Assembly (NCBI RefSeq): GCF_900232105.1
Contig: NZ_LT934425.1
Span: 60,001-92,000 of the forward strand
Reading direction: 5' to 3'
Source: Candidatus Kuenenia stuttgartensis
Lineage (GTDB): Bacteria; Planctomycetota; Brocadiia; Brocadiales; Brocadiaceae
DNA length: 32,000 bases
Made by a program: the position numbers and the translations under genes. The stretch's first letter is position 1, and every line of letters starts with the position of its first letter. The notes beneath the pieces were generated by a model, which saw nothing but the letters and a program-made list of their open reading frames with translations, did no database searches and had not been told where the DNA came from. Positions 1-10,173 of this stretch are shown piece after piece.

Positions 1-401
1 CGATCATCAGGCACTTCCTGAAGGCTATTGACCGGAAGAAGATATCTGGATCCTGAAAGTATATCATACTCGCGAAAGGGCATTTTGCTTAAAAACTGCG
101 GGATTTCTTCAGGTTCATGCTGTCCGTCAGCATCTATGGTCACCAGGTAATCATAATCATTATTTATCGCAAAATTGAACGCATCGATAATAGTTTGCCC
201 ATAACCTAAATTCCATTTATGTCTAATGACATATATGCTCTGTATGTCCTTTAAACTACTACCAATATCATTGGTAGATCCATCGTCCAGCACCAGTACC
301 TCCACGCCGACCTTTTTTACCCTTTGAATAATGTCATAAACATCACTTTCATTGAAAACCGGTATTGCCACTACATTTTTTAATTTTTCATTTTTTCTCA
401 T
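1..401 (-). CDS. Family 2 glycosyltransferase, N-terminal part (runs off window start)
   Basis: Minus-strand translation from 401: MRKNEKLKNVVAIPVFNESDVYDIIQRVKKVGVEVLVLDDGSTNDIGSSLKDIQSIYVIRHKWNLGYGQTIIDAFNFAINNDYDYLVTMDADGQHEPEEIPQFLK. GT2/DPM1-like DDGS and DADGQH motifs. Confidence 0.85.
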   Translation of the reverse strand, partial: MRKNEKLKNVVAIPVFNESDVYDIIQRVKKVGVEVLVLDDGSTNDIGSSLKDIQSIYVIRHKWNLGYGQTIIDAFNFAINNDYDYLVTIDADGQHEPEEIPQFLSKMPFREYDILSGSRYLLPVNSLQEVPDD

Positions 402-617
402 TTCTATCCATTCGTCAATCACATCTGTAACTTGCTACAACCAACACAAACCATTCTTTCCGTCAAAATATGAAACGGTAAAATACGCTTCTTCAGTATA
501 TCGCTTGCTGCGTTTTCGGAGGGCGGTTAAGAATGGCACAATCATCAGGAAGGCAAATATTGGAACTTACTAATAAGTTGAGGTTTTTATAACAACTTCC
601 ACAGTACACAGTCGGCA

Positions 618-655
618 GTCGGCAGTCGGCAATTTGCAATTTGCCGACTGCCGAC
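618..655. repeat. Perfect 15-bp inverted repeat (stem-loop)
   Basis: GTCGGCAGTCGGCAA (618..632), 8-nt loop, TTGCCGACTGCCGAC (641..655). Left arm lies in a tandem CGGCAGT repeat. Confidence 0.75.
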
Positions 656-730
656 CGTACAGCAGAACGGTCAAGTTTTTAGAAATTCAGCGGTAATTTA
701 ATTATAGTGGGGGCTGAAAATCATCGGCCC

Positions 731-1102
731 CTATTTCATAAGGGAATGAATTCTCCTGGTGTCTTGTAATGCTTTTTCCATTGGTACGAGTGGCGTAATT
801 TCTATCTCTGTAAAAAAAGGGAAGAGTGGCAACTTTGCTACAATCTCTTCCACTTCTTCATTCGATTCGGCATCGATAATCGCTGCGGCGCCTCTCCTGC
901 CTGAAAGTTTTCCGCCTGCCACAATCTTTCCTCGCCTCTGATACCGTGAAAAATACTCCCACTCTTTTATCACATACCCCAGAAAATCCTTTACCGGCAT
1001 TTGCGGCATTTGTTTTACTTCAACCTTCAAAAGAAACAACATCTCTTTTTCCCTTTCAATTGTTAAAAGCGCCATTTTATAAAATACCTTTCTTAGTAAC
1101 AC
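731..1102 (-). CDS. Muconolactone delta-isomerase-like small protein (start may be internal)
   Basis: ORF 123 aa. MLFLLKVEVKQMPQMPVKDF...YFSRYQRRGKIVAGGKLSGRRGAAAIIDAESNEEVEEIVAKLPLFPFFTEIEITPL is typical of the family. Confidence 0.65.
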   Translation of the reverse strand: MLLRKVFYKMALLTIEREKEMLFLLKVEVKQMPQMPVKDFLGYVIKEWEYFSRYQRRGKIVAGGKLSGRRGAAAIIDAESNEEVEEIVAKLPLFPFFTEIEITPLVPMEKALQDTRRIHSLMK

Positions 1103-1440
1103 TTTAGTTTTTTGAAAAAGTAGGGGCGAAGCATTTACCCGTTTGAGTATGAACGCATTTATGACAATTTACAACAAATGCTTCACCCCTAAATTGCGAT
1201 TGTTGGGATTTTTCAAAAAACTAAAATGCTACCATCCTTATCACATTACTTTGTTAAAATAATATGCAAAACAACCTTAATTCCCTCTATTTAAAAGGAT
1301 TTATGCTTTGAAAAATCCTTGATTAATACCATACAATAAGTAGGATGCCGAACGCAAAGGCATACAAAATATATCACTTTATGAACGGTTTCAGTGGTTT
1401 TTAACAAAGTAATGCTTATCACTTCTCTTTATAATAGCGA

Positions 1441-2184
1441 CTACATTGCCAAACCACCATCGACATTAATTACCTGGCCGGTAATGTATTTTGCATCTTC
1501 AGATAAGAGGAATTTTACCAATTTTGCAACTTCCTCCGGCAAACCAAATCTTTTTACCGGAATCATTTCAATCATCTTTGTTTTATATTCCTGCGGCAAA
1601 ACGTCCGTCATGTTCGTTTCAATAAACCCACAGGCAATGGCATTCACCGTAATATTCGCCTTGCCCACCTCCTTTGCCAATGCCTTGGTAAAGCCAATCA
1701 TGCCGGCCTTGGAGGAAGAATAATTCACCTGACCGGCCATTCCCATAATGCCGCTTACCGATGTTATATTAACAATGCTGCCAGACTTCTGTTTTATAAA
1801 AGGCATTATCAATGCCTTTGAGAAATTGTATACGCTCTTAAGATTGGTATTTATTACGTCATCCCAGTCACTTTCCGACATAAGCGCCAGGAGTTTGTCA
1901 CGGGTGATGCCTGCATTGTTTATCAGAAAATCTACTTTCCCAAATAACTCTTTCACTTCTTTTACCATATCCTTCGCGCCGTTAAAACTCACCGCATCCA
2001 CCTGAAACGACTTCCCTTTCACTCCCAATGTTTCAATTTCCTTCACCAGCGCATTGGCCGCCTCCACATTTTTGCTGTAATTAAAGGCAACATTGCAACC
2101 ATTCTTTGCAAGTTCCCATACAATAGCTTTGCCAATCCCGCGTGTACCGCCAGTTACAATGGCTACCTTGTCCTTGAATTGCAT
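1441..2184 (-). CDS. fabG: 3-oxoacyl-[ACP] reductase (SDR family)
   Basis: 247 aa; TGGTRGIG cofactor motif, NNAG, S-(x)n-YSSSKAG active site, C-terminal QVINVDGGLAM. Confidence 0.93.
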   Translation of the reverse strand: MQFKDKVAIVTGGTRGIGKAIVWELAKNGCNVAFNYSKNVEAANALVKEIETLGVKGKSFQVDAVSFNGAKDMVKEVKELFGKVDFLINNAGITRDKLLALMSESDWDDVINTNLKSVYNFSKALIMPFIKQKSGSIVNITSVSGIMGMAGQVNYSSSKAGMIGFTKALAKEVGKANITVNAIACGFIETNMTDVLPQEYKTKMIEMIPVKRFGLPEEVAKLVKFLLSEDAKYITGQVINVDGGLAM

Positions 2185-2340
2185 AAAAAATCTCCCGTAG
2201 TAATTTGTTTTGTTTAATAAATGATTTCGAAAAACATTACAGGGTATGTTAAAAACATTGATGGAAAACCCTTTTTGAATCTCTGAATTTCAGGCGCATC
2301 CCCATACAAACACCCTCATAACCTGATCGTTATCGATCAA

Positions 2341-2931
2341 TCAACGCCCTTCATTGCTTTTAACCCACTCTAAACCTGAGTCAATTAATAATTTTATTGC
2401 TTTTAACTCTTCCAAAGAATTAAAACGGCATACAGCGCCAACACCATATCCACCCGAAGAAAACCCTTGCCATGAGTAACCACTCTGCGAAAAACCTATT
2501 CTGAATGTGTCTCTCGTTGTAAATGCAACTTCTGTGTTTAGTCTGCGCACAGCCTTCCATTTATTAGACAGACTTATCATATATTCCGCTGCATTGGCCA
2601 CATTTTCAATTTCATCCAGATCAACAAAAACAGTTTTTCTCTGTTCATTCCTTCCTCCCTCATAAACAATAACCTGAAAACCGCTTATTTTTTTATTTGC
2701 ACTGATTGGTTCGTAAGAGACAATGGCCTTAATTTCAACGTATGACCCATAAGTGCCTTCAACCTTGCCCAAATCGACACTTTCTATGACAATTAACGTC
2801 TCAACTTTCGATAGAAAAGCCTCCAATTTTGTTGCAGGTTCATTTGCGGCTGCAATTGTTTCATGCCCCGGAGATATTAAAAAAAAGAGCGTTATTACGG
2901 CATACAAAATAAATATACATTGCTTTTTCAT
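2341..2931 (-). CDS. Hypothetical secreted protein
   Basis: 196-aa ORF with N-terminal hydrophobic signal (MKKQCIFILYAVITLFFLISPGHETIAAA). Confidence 0.6.
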   Translation of the reverse strand: MKKQCIFILYAVITLFFLISPGHETIAAANEPATKLEAFLSKVETLIVIESVDLGKVEGTYGSYVEIKAIVSYEPISANKKISGFQVIVYEGGRNEQRKTVFVDLDEIENVANAAEYMISLSNKWKAVRRLNTEVAFTTRDTFRIGFSQSGYSWQGFSSGGYGVGAVCRFNSLEELKAIKLLIDSGLEWVKSNEGR

Positions 2932-3273
2932 AAGCTTTTCTTGTTCAAACGTGCTTTTTATGCCGATTGCAGGTCATTTTTACATAAGCAAAAAGATCCT
3001 TCTGCCAAATCATAACAGGGCTGTGCATATGAAATATTTTTCTTTCCATAACCCCTTTTTCCCTGATAGTATTCTTTCATGCTTTTTATGGGGCAATCAC
3101 GAGGGTTACCCCTACTGTGCGGTAAGCGGTAAATTGGTTTTTTGCATGTTAACAAACTCCATGTATGGTTTTCAATATAAAACAACTATCCCCGATAATA
3201 GCCACAGGTGCGACATCTGGCAACCATGTAAACGTTTCCCTTTCTAAGATAAAATTTATCTACCTGTATAATT

Positions 3274-4647
3274 ATGGAAGATTCTCTTTCAACAATAGAC
3301 GACATTGACTCTTTAAAAACCTTCGTCAGAAAAAAATATTACTATCTTGGGCAAAACAAGCAACAAGAGATATCCCGCCTTATCTTTGAGATTGCAAAAC
3401 GTGAAAAGGTTGGATTTTCACTTGTTTTTGAACAGATTCCCCCACCGCCAAGCCGTTTCTCTTTCATTAAAAGTTATTTGCTGGAACGGCGTTATCCTTT
3501 GCTTCACCAAAATGGGGTCAAAATAAGCCAGACTTTTTGCGACGTCGATATAAATCCCTCCTTAAGGGTTAATCTCACTACGAAACAAATCATCACGCCG
3601 AAACAGTTTTTTGTAGAAGAATCCGTTTTGTCTACCGAAACCGTTCAGCGAATACGCGACAAATTCCCCAACAGTACTTTTACCATGATAGCGTCCTACC
3701 GTGAATACGTGAAGAAGAAAGCATTTACTATTGCCGATTACAACAGAAGGCTGGAAAATTTCTTTATTATACGCGAAAAATTTGACTTTTATAAACACTG
3801 TCCATGTTCAAACAACTCCGCATCGTGCGGATATTTTGTAATGAATTTAGGGAGCGGATGCCCATATGAATGCACCTATTGCTTTCTTCAAAACTATATT
3901 AACTCGCCTGGGATTGTGCTACCGGCAAATATAGAGGATTTTTTCACCGTCTTCAGGAATTTAAAAAAAGACATGCGCCTCGGATCAGGAGAATTAACCG
4001 ATTCCCTTGCATTCGACCACATTACGGAGTATTCGCCTAAAATCGTGAATTTCTTCCGGCAATATCCCAAAAGCACTTTCGAGTTCAAAACAAAAAGCAA
4101 CAATGTGCGCTTGCTCACTTCAGCACCCGGAGCAAAGAATATTATCATTTCATGGTCATTGAATCCGCAAAAGTTGATCGACACCGCAGAGTATTTTACC
4201 GCTTCCCTGGAGGAAAGGTTAGAAGCAGCGCAAGCATGCACAGCGGCGGGATATCGTGTTGCTTTCCACTTTGATCCGATTATCTGCTATAGTGGATGGG
4301 AGACAGATTATGAAGTATTAATCAATACCGTCTTTACCAAAATTGAATCAAACACTATCGCGTGGCTGAGTTTAGGAACATTGCGCATATCGCCTCAATT
4401 AAAAAAAATCATTGAAAACCGGTTTCCCGAAAATGCCCTGCTTGACGAAGAATTATTAACCGGTTTCGACGGAAAATTGAGGTATCCGGCAGAGATAAGA
4501 TCATTTATATACACCACTATGAACTCATGGATACGGAAAAACAACAAAAGTGTTCCCGTTTATTTATGCATGGAGGAAAGAGAAATGCATAGAGACACAC
4601 ATCTCTCCCTTAAACATGAAACAAAACAGACAACGGTAATTTTTTAA
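3274..4647 (+). CDS. splB: Spore photoproduct lyase-like radical SAM protein
   Basis: 457 aa; CxxxCxxC radical SAM motif in GSGCPYECTYCFLQNYINSPGIVLPANIEDFF, followed by SPL-like SLGTLRISPQLK. Confidence 0.75.
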   Translation: MEDSLSTIDDIDSLKTFVRKKYYYLGQNKQQEISRLIFEIAKREKVGFSLVFEQIPPPPSRFSFIKSYLLERRYPLLHQNGVKISQTFCDVDINPSLRVNLTTKQIITPKQFFVEESVLSTETVQRIRDKFPNSTFTMIASYREYVKKKAFTIADYNRRLENFFIIREKFDFYKHCPCSNNSASCGYFVMNLGSGCPYECTYCFLQNYINSPGIVLPANIEDFFTVFRNLKKDMRLGSGELTDSLAFDHITEYSPKIVNFFRQYPKSTFEFKTKSNNVRLLTSAPGAKNIIISWSLNPQKLIDTAEYFTASLEERLEAAQACTAAGYRVAFHFDPIICYSGWETDYEVLINTVFTKIESNTIAWLSLGTLRISPQLKKIIENRFPENALLDEELLTGFDGKLRYPAEIRSFIYTTMNSWIRKNNKSVPVYLCMEEREMHRDTHLSLKHETKQTTVIF

Positions 4648-4812
4648 AAGAGGGGATGATACATTTCGTGCCAGGGGAAAACCACCGTGAATGGATCTTG
4701 AGGCATTCAGATATTTATGTGCAGATAAGATTACAATGAGTGGAAAACTATTCTGTAATGTGTATTATTATCGGTGCAAAACTTTGTTTAACAGAAGATA
4801 ATATGCAGGCAA

Positions 4813-5850
4813 TCAAGAGGTTTCGACCCGGTTTCTCCCGTTTTTCCTGGATTTGTATAGTGCATCATCTACGGCATTTACCAAGGTTTCTCAGGTTCCA
4901 TATTGCGGAAAAGACGCAATATACTTACGGTCAGTCGATACGTTTGTCCGTAAACAATCGTGCCAAAACAGGTAACTTCAATTGATTTACGAATTCCTTC
5001 TGCTTTTTCTTTTGCCTGCGATACATCTGCTCCCGGCATTATAATTACAAATTCTTAACCACCATATCGTGCCAATACATCTGAAGTTCTTAAAGAATTA
5101 TTTAATATCTTAGAAACTTCCTACAATACCCGGTCGCCAGCCGTATGACCATACGTATCATTAATACTCTTAAAGTGCCATATCCAAAAGAAGCAAACAT
5201 ACAGACTCATAGCGCCTTTTCGTTAAAGCCAATTGTTTTTTCAACATTTCATCAAAGAATCTTATGTACTGAAACCGTAGCTATTCAGCGTAATTTATTA
5301 AACTACCTGAGATCAGAGCACAACTCGTTCCCAAACAGATACTTCACTGTTTTCAATATTCCACTCACAACTGCTTAATTGAGCAATCTTCTGGGCATGG
5401 GCAAGCGTATTCTTGCTTTTACGCCACTCTTCTTACATAAATTTTCGTTCAGTAATATCTGTTATTGCCGCTATATAGACGCTGCTTTCCTCTCTTTTCC
5501 CGACATCAGAAAAAAACAGGGGAATTCCTATGCACAATACCCACGTAATCTTCACATAAGGATAAATAAGGCGAAATTCCGATTTAAATGTTTTCTTGTT
5601 CTTTACTGCATCTGCCCATTCTTTACAATACGCGTGTGAGGTTAATCCCCCCCATGCAGTACGCCCATCCATCCGTTTCCCAGAGATTCATCCGTGGTAA
5701 GCCCTGTAATCTTGCACCATTGTTCATTGACAAATAGAAAATTCCATTCAAAATCAGTATAAAAAATTCCAACCGGCAGAATATTTGTTATTGTGCGAAA
5801 ACGTCTTTCGCTTTCACTGAGTAATTCATTCTTTTGCTTGCACTAAATCA
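4813..5850 (-). pseudogene. Degraded PAS-GGDEF diguanylate cyclase-like gene
   Basis: Minus-strand pieces: PAS (ELLSESERRFRTITNILPVGIFYTDFEWNFLFVNEQWCKITGLTTDESLG), then ...VYIAAITDITERKF, then [50 protein letters not shown], ending NAVDDALYKSRKNGRNRVETS*. Frameshifts plus in-frame TAG and TAA (TAA at 5055..5057). Confidence 0.85.
5281..5348. repeat. Dispersed short repeat copy 1 (inside the PAS-GGDEF pseudogene)
   Basis: ctattcagcgtaatttattaaactacc + gatcagagcacaactcgttcccaaa is shared with 6814..6870; followed by cagatacttcact, the reverse complement of agtgaagtatctg in copy 2. Confidence 0.7.
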
Positions 5851-6068
5851 ACAAGGATTTCAGTTTATTGATATCCGGGGACAAAGATTCAACATTCTCC
5901 ATCAAACTGTTTTTTTTTATAAGATGCACTCATTTTTTCCCACCGGACGCAAGTAAACTTCCCACAGCAACGCAAATAATTTCCATGACCATCTGGAAAC
6001 ATTCGCGATGTAAAGGAATACGCACTTCCTGTTTTATTAATGATTATTAAGACCTGATTAATAGAAGA

Positions 6069-6539
6069 TTACATTAAGTGTAAAACAATATATTGATCAC
6101 CATATTTTTCAATATTGTTTACCATTGTTTGTAAATTACTTAAATGTTCTTCTTCCGACTTGAGAATTTCTTCTAAAAGCATTCTGCTTCCATGGTCTTT
6201 TTCGTTAAAACATATTGTTATGCCTTCATTTAATCTTGCAATAGCTTCAACTTCAATATCTCTATTAAGTTTTAACATTTTAACAATATCAAACTGTTTT
6301 TCTTCAGGCAAGGCATGTTTTTGGTTTTTAACTATTTCCCCTAAAAACAATATGCGCCCCGCTAACATTTCAGCATGCTTCATTTCATCTATTGCGTCTT
6401 TTTTAAGCATTTCTGCAAGTTTATTTAGACCCAAATCTTCACACTTTGTATGCTGATCCATATATATGCCTATAGCGCCTATCTCTGCTGTATATACCTC
6501 ACACAACATTTTGTAAACTTTTTCATTCACACTACCCAT
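6069..6539 (-). CDS. Bacterioferritin / ferritin-like di-iron protein
   Basis: 156 aa; MLCEVYTAEIGAIGIYMDQHTKCEDLGLNKLAEMLKKDAIDEMKHAEMLAGRILFLGE...EEILKSEEEHLSNL; E and ExxH ligand pattern. Confidence 0.8.
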   Translation of the reverse strand: MGSVNEKVYKMLCEVYTAEIGAIGIYMDQHTKCEDLGLNKLAEMLKKDAIDEMKHAEMLAGRILFLGEIVKNQKHALPEEKQFDIVKMLKLNRDIEVEAIARLNEGITICFNEKDHGSRMLLEEILKSEEEHLSNLQTMVNNIEKYGDQYIVLHLM

Positions 6540-6617
6540 TTTATCCTCCTTTTAATCTCTGGTTTTATTATATAATTCACTTTCTGTTTGTTCTACATTT
6601 CTAACTAGCATTTTTAT

Positions 6618-6725
6618 TGAGCAGTATAACCACCATCAATAACCAATTCACTTCCGGTAACAAATTTTGATTAATCCGACACCAGGTAAAGAATTCCATA
6701 TGCAATATCCAGTGGTTCGCCAATA
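6618..6725 (-). pseudogene. C-terminal relic of an SDR dehydrogenase
   Basis: Minus-strand translation GEPLDIAYGILYLVSD*SKFVTGSELVIDGGYTA, with a TAA where SDRs usually have Glu/Ala; no upstream ORF. Confidence 0.75.
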
Positions 6726-6813
6726 TGTACTTATTGGATGTAAACTGTCAAGATGTTCTCTAAAACCGTGTGTTTCTTTACCTGACGCGTCTACTAATGG
6801 TGTCTAAATGTAA

Positions 6814-6912
6814 CTATTCAGCGTAATTTATTAAACTACCGGGGAGATCAGAGCACAACTCGTTCCCAAAAACCTTGTACTGAACATAGTGAAGTATCTG
6901 TTTGAGAACGAG
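6814..6912. repeat. Dispersed short repeat copy 2 with fold-back arms
   Basis: Same ctattcagcgtaatttattaaactacc...gatcagagcacaactcgttcccaaa as at 5281; also ctcgttccca ... tgagaacgag as imperfect inverted arms. Confidence 0.65.
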
Positions 6913-7156
6913 CCGTGTATCGTTTAAGCTGAGTAATTATCTTTTATTTGTACCTAAATCCTGCAAACGATTTTCGCAATGCGAAAATCAGTATTTTCCA
7001 CTACCAAGATTGGCAAAAAGCGATAACAGATATCCGTTTTTTAGCAATTGTGGTAGCGCTATTGTACTACTTTAAACAAAAAGACATGGGAAATTGTCGG
7101 AAACGTGCTCTCTGATGCAATGAAAATCAAGATAGGGATGTACTGTCTCCATCTGC

Positions 7157-8595
7157 GGTATACTTACCACTCTCAAAAGACTAAAAAAACGAAATACAAC
7201 GTCGGTTTTCTACTGAAAAACTACATCCAGTGACATGCGTTCCCACTTTTCCCATTCCTCCTGATGGAGAAATTTCTCCGGCAATTTTAATGTCATCTGC
7301 CGGCTTCTCTCCACCAGTTTCCCTGCCACACGGATTAACCACAGTCTCATCGTCTTTACTTCCCACTGTTGTATCACTCCACCACTGAGCAATCCCATCC
7401 ACTTCAAAAGATTATACGCTAACACCGCACACTGAAATAGCGCAGCATTGGCCAAAAATTCACCCGTACGTATGTGCCCCGCATTCATCTGTCCTTTACT
7501 CTCTTCTATCAAAGTCTCGCAGGTAGCCCTCTTTCCATAACAACGATGCGCTTCCATCGGACTTAACCGCTCCGTTGTAACGTAACAAAAATACTCATAC
7601 ACGGACACTTCTACTAATTTCTTTTCTCTTTTGACCAATTGCCGCACTGCCACAAAACGTCTCGCACGATCCCACCCTGCACATCGATACCAAAATTCAG
7701 CCTGTTCCCATCCTGGCTCCCCTTTCACCTCATTCCATTTCTGCCCTTCAAGCAATCCTTCCAGATTCTTCAGCTTTACCTTAATCAGATATCCCGCCAA
7801 TATTGACTCAAGGTATTCAAGTAATTCTCCGGTAAAAAAACCGCTGTCTCCCCGAAATACCACCCTTACCCCCTTATTCATGTACGCCATACATTCCTTC
7901 ATGAACTCTACTACTCCGTTACTCGTGTAGGCGCTTCCACAGCGGAACCAACTATGTAATACCTCCTTTGTTTCTGCAATAAATGCCATTAAGGGATGAT
8001 ACGCCTTCTGCCCCTTCTTGTGCGGATTATATCCTACCTCTGCACCCTCCTGTTTCCCATATACACCATCTACGGTAGAATCAACATCTATCCATACTTC
8101 GCAAAGAGCACTCCTGAGTTTATGGCCTGATCTCACCGCACGCTTCCATATCTTTCCCCTAAACCGGTGGATCACCCCCGTCAGTTCCACTATATCTCCC
8201 TGACTCGCCAGCTTCATAATACGTCCTATCGTAGTATCTACAGGTACCTCTTTCCACCCGGACATCTTCTTCAATACCTCATCTGTACACACCTTCATCA
8301 CCTCTACCATCGATGTCGCCCCTGCTATCAACCCTATCACTACCATTTGTACCGCATCGACAAACTGATACCGGGCATTTGCTCCACGATCCTTATGGAC
8401 CGCTTCATGGACTCTCTCCCGGAACATCAGCTTACCCATAAAATTCAATACCGGTAAAAGCCCTGCATGTACCGTTAAGCCTTTCCCGCTCATCTCTGCC
8501 TTGATTTTCGGTTGTCTTTTGCTGTATTTTTTTGCTATATTCTTCATCGAAATGGTGAATCTCCTTTCAGGTGTTTTTTGTTATCAATATACCGC
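7157..8595 (-). mobile_element. Full-length IS1380-like element (approximate ends)
   Basis: Encloses an intact 445-aa transposase. Candidate TIR: GCGGTATAcTtAccAC (7157..) versus reverse complement of the right end GCGGTATAtTgAtaAC (..8595). Confidence 0.6.
7210..8547 (-). CDS. IS1380-family-like DDE transposase
   Basis: 445-aa ORF; ALCEVWIDVDSTVDGVYGKQEGAEVGYNPHKKGQKAYHPLMAFIAETKEVL...VVFRGDSGFFTGELLEYLE is typical of IS1380 transposases. Confidence 0.88.
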   Translation of the reverse strand: MKNIAKKYSKRQPKIKAEMSGKGLTVHAGLLPVLNFMGKLMFRERVHEAVHKDRGANARYQFVDAVQMVVIGLIAGATSMVEVMKVCTDEVLKKMSGWKEVPVDTTIGRIMKLASQGDIVELTGVIHRFRGKIWKRAVRSGHKLRSALCEVWIDVDSTVDGVYGKQEGAEVGYNPHKKGQKAYHPLMAFIAETKEVLHSWFRCGSAYTSNGVVEFMKECMAYMNKGVRVVFRGDSGFFTGELLEYLESILAGYLIKVKLKNLEGLLEGQKWNEVKGEPGWEQAEFWYRCAGWDRARRFVAVRQLVKREKKLVEVSVYEYFCYVTTERLSPMEAHRCYGKRATCETLIEESKGQMNAGHIRTGEFLANAALFQCAVLAYNLLKWMGLLSGGVIQQWEVKTMRLWLIRVAGKLVERSRQMTLKLPEKFLHQEEWEKWERMSLDVVFQ

Positions 8596-9086
8596 CGAAT
8601 ACCTTGGAAATCCTACCATTTCAATCCTATTCCTGCAACAAGGCTTTGCCTTGTTTGCAGGATTTAGGTTGTATATTATTTCAATTACGTTGGATACTTT
8701 AATTTACTAAACCTAAAAACTTAAGTATTGCCAGATAATATTGTAAAAATTATTTAAACACCAACTTAACAAAATATATAATAATTAACTTTGAAAATCA
8801 AAATATTTTTATGTAATAATTATTGTTAATACACAATATCTAAAAATGTTTTTAAAAGAAAAAATCATGATGATCCCAAAAAACGTATTGGCGATAGGAA
8901 ATGACCTCTTTTAAGGAAGATTGGAGGGTGGATCATAAAAAACGAAAGGAATCGGGCAGTTGGGATGTATATGTTATAGCACGGAAAATCGTTGTAGCCA
9001 CGCTTTACCAATTAGACCTATGAAATAAGTTCTATTAAAAACCTTGTATATTGTACCTGTACCAAATCTTATCTTTAACATCTAAA

Positions 9087-9170
9087 TGCCGAAGAAGGGA
9101 CTTGAACCCTTACGGTGTTGCCACCACTAGAACCTGAATCTAGCGCGTCTGCCAATTCCGCCACTTCGGC
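9087..9170 (-). tRNA. tRNA-Leu (anticodon CAG)
   Basis: Minus strand GCCGAAGTGGCGGAATTGGCAGACGCGCTAGATTCAGGTTCTAGTGGTGGCAACACCGTAAGGGTTCAAGTCCCTTCTTCGGCA. 7-bp acceptor stem GCCGAAG/CTTCGGC, long variable arm, GGTTCAAGTCC T-arm. Confidence 0.95.
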
Positions 9171-9321
9171 ATTCGAAAACACTTATTTTATCGAACATCC
9201 CATACGCAGAGATTTTAGGAAATAAAGACGATTAAGTCAAAGGTTTTTCACAAAATGACCTTGCATTGCCATTTGCAATTTGTTATTATTTGCAATCGTA
9301 TGCCTTTAAGTTGTCAATAAT

Positions 9322-9344
9322 TACGATAAAATTTTTTTATCGTA
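9322..9344. repeat. AT-rich 10-bp stem-loop (possible terminator)
   Basis: TACGATAAAA - TTT - TTTTATCGTA. Confidence 0.5.
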
Positions 9345-9553
9345 GTGATGAAAATTCATTTTGTCTAATGATTCGTCTCATTTATAAACTTTCCTTATTA
9401 AAGCAGTTATTTTGGTAACATCGCACTCAAATAAAACAAAAACCGTGTTTTATTTCTAATAAATATTATCGTTTCAAAATAAACCTATAGGAAAACATAT
9501 GCATGTGAGAACACTCATAAAACAGAAGCATACTTTGTTTTATTCTAAATAGC

Positions 9554-9997
9554 ATGGAAATTATTGCCAAAAATAGAAAAGCCTTTTATCAATATGAGGT
9601 TTTAGAAAAAATAGAATGTGGGATTGTGCTCACTGGTACAGAAGTTAAATCGTTAAGAAATAAGGATGTTAGTATAAATGATAGTTTTGCGCAATTGGAT
9701 CATGGCGAAGCCTTTCTGTATGAAATGCATATTGGTGAATATAAACAAGGAAATCGCCAAAATCACGAACCCAAAAGGAAAAGAAAGCTCCTCCTTCATA
9801 AAAGGGAAATATCAAAAATAGCAGGAAAAGTACAACAAAAGGGATACACTCTTATACCATTATCAATATATTTTAAAAATGGACTTGCTAAATTAGAAAT
9901 TGCAATAGCACGAGGAAAATCCATGTTTGACAAACGTGAAGACATTAAAAAAAGAACGGTCGAAAGAGAGATTCGCCAGGTAATGAAAAAATTTTAA
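9554..9997 (+). CDS. smpB: SsrA-binding protein
   Basis: 147 aa; MEIIAKNRKAFYQYEVLEKIECGIVLTGTEVKSLRNKDVSINDSFA...GKVQQKGYTLIPLSIYFKNGLAKLEIAIARGKSMFDKREDIKKR. Confidence 0.96.
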   Translation: MEIIAKNRKAFYQYEVLEKIECGIVLTGTEVKSLRNKDVSINDSFAQLDHGEAFLYEMHIGEYKQGNRQNHEPKRKRKLLLHKREISKIAGKVQQKGYTLIPLSIYFKNGLAKLEIAIARGKSMFDKREDIKKRTVEREIRQVMKKF

Positions 9998-10068
9998 CAT
10001 TCATATCAGTTGCTAATTAATAATAGTATTCAAAACATTTTTCAATGAAACAAATGTATCAAAACATA

Positions 10069-10094
10069 AAAAAGGAGTTTTAAAGCTCCTTTTT
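10069..10094 (+). terminator. Putative rho-independent terminator after smpB
   Basis: AAAAAGGAG - 8 nt - CTCCTTTTT. Confidence 0.65.
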
Positions 10095-10173
10095 CATTCT
10101 CTTTCTTTAAAACAATTAATTATACAGGTTTTTGCACCTTATAAAACCACACAATTAACGAGAAAGGTAAATT

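Noticed and set aside
2958-3185. 75-aa minus-strand ORF with several cysteines
   Set aside because: No recognisable family, no convincing RBS, and low-complexity composition. Not enough evidence for a gene.
8167-8457. 96-aa antisense ORF MDHPRQFHY... duplicated at 23491..23781
   Set aside because: Lies antisense inside the IS1380-like transposase in both places. Its identity is due to duplication of the IS, not selection on this frame.
8899-9050. Possible second tRNA or tmRNA-like RNA near smpB (minus strand ...GGTCTAATTGGTAAAGCGTGG...)
   Set aside because: Only a D-arm-like stretch is present. No complementary acceptor stem, anticodon arm or TTCG T-arm could be built.
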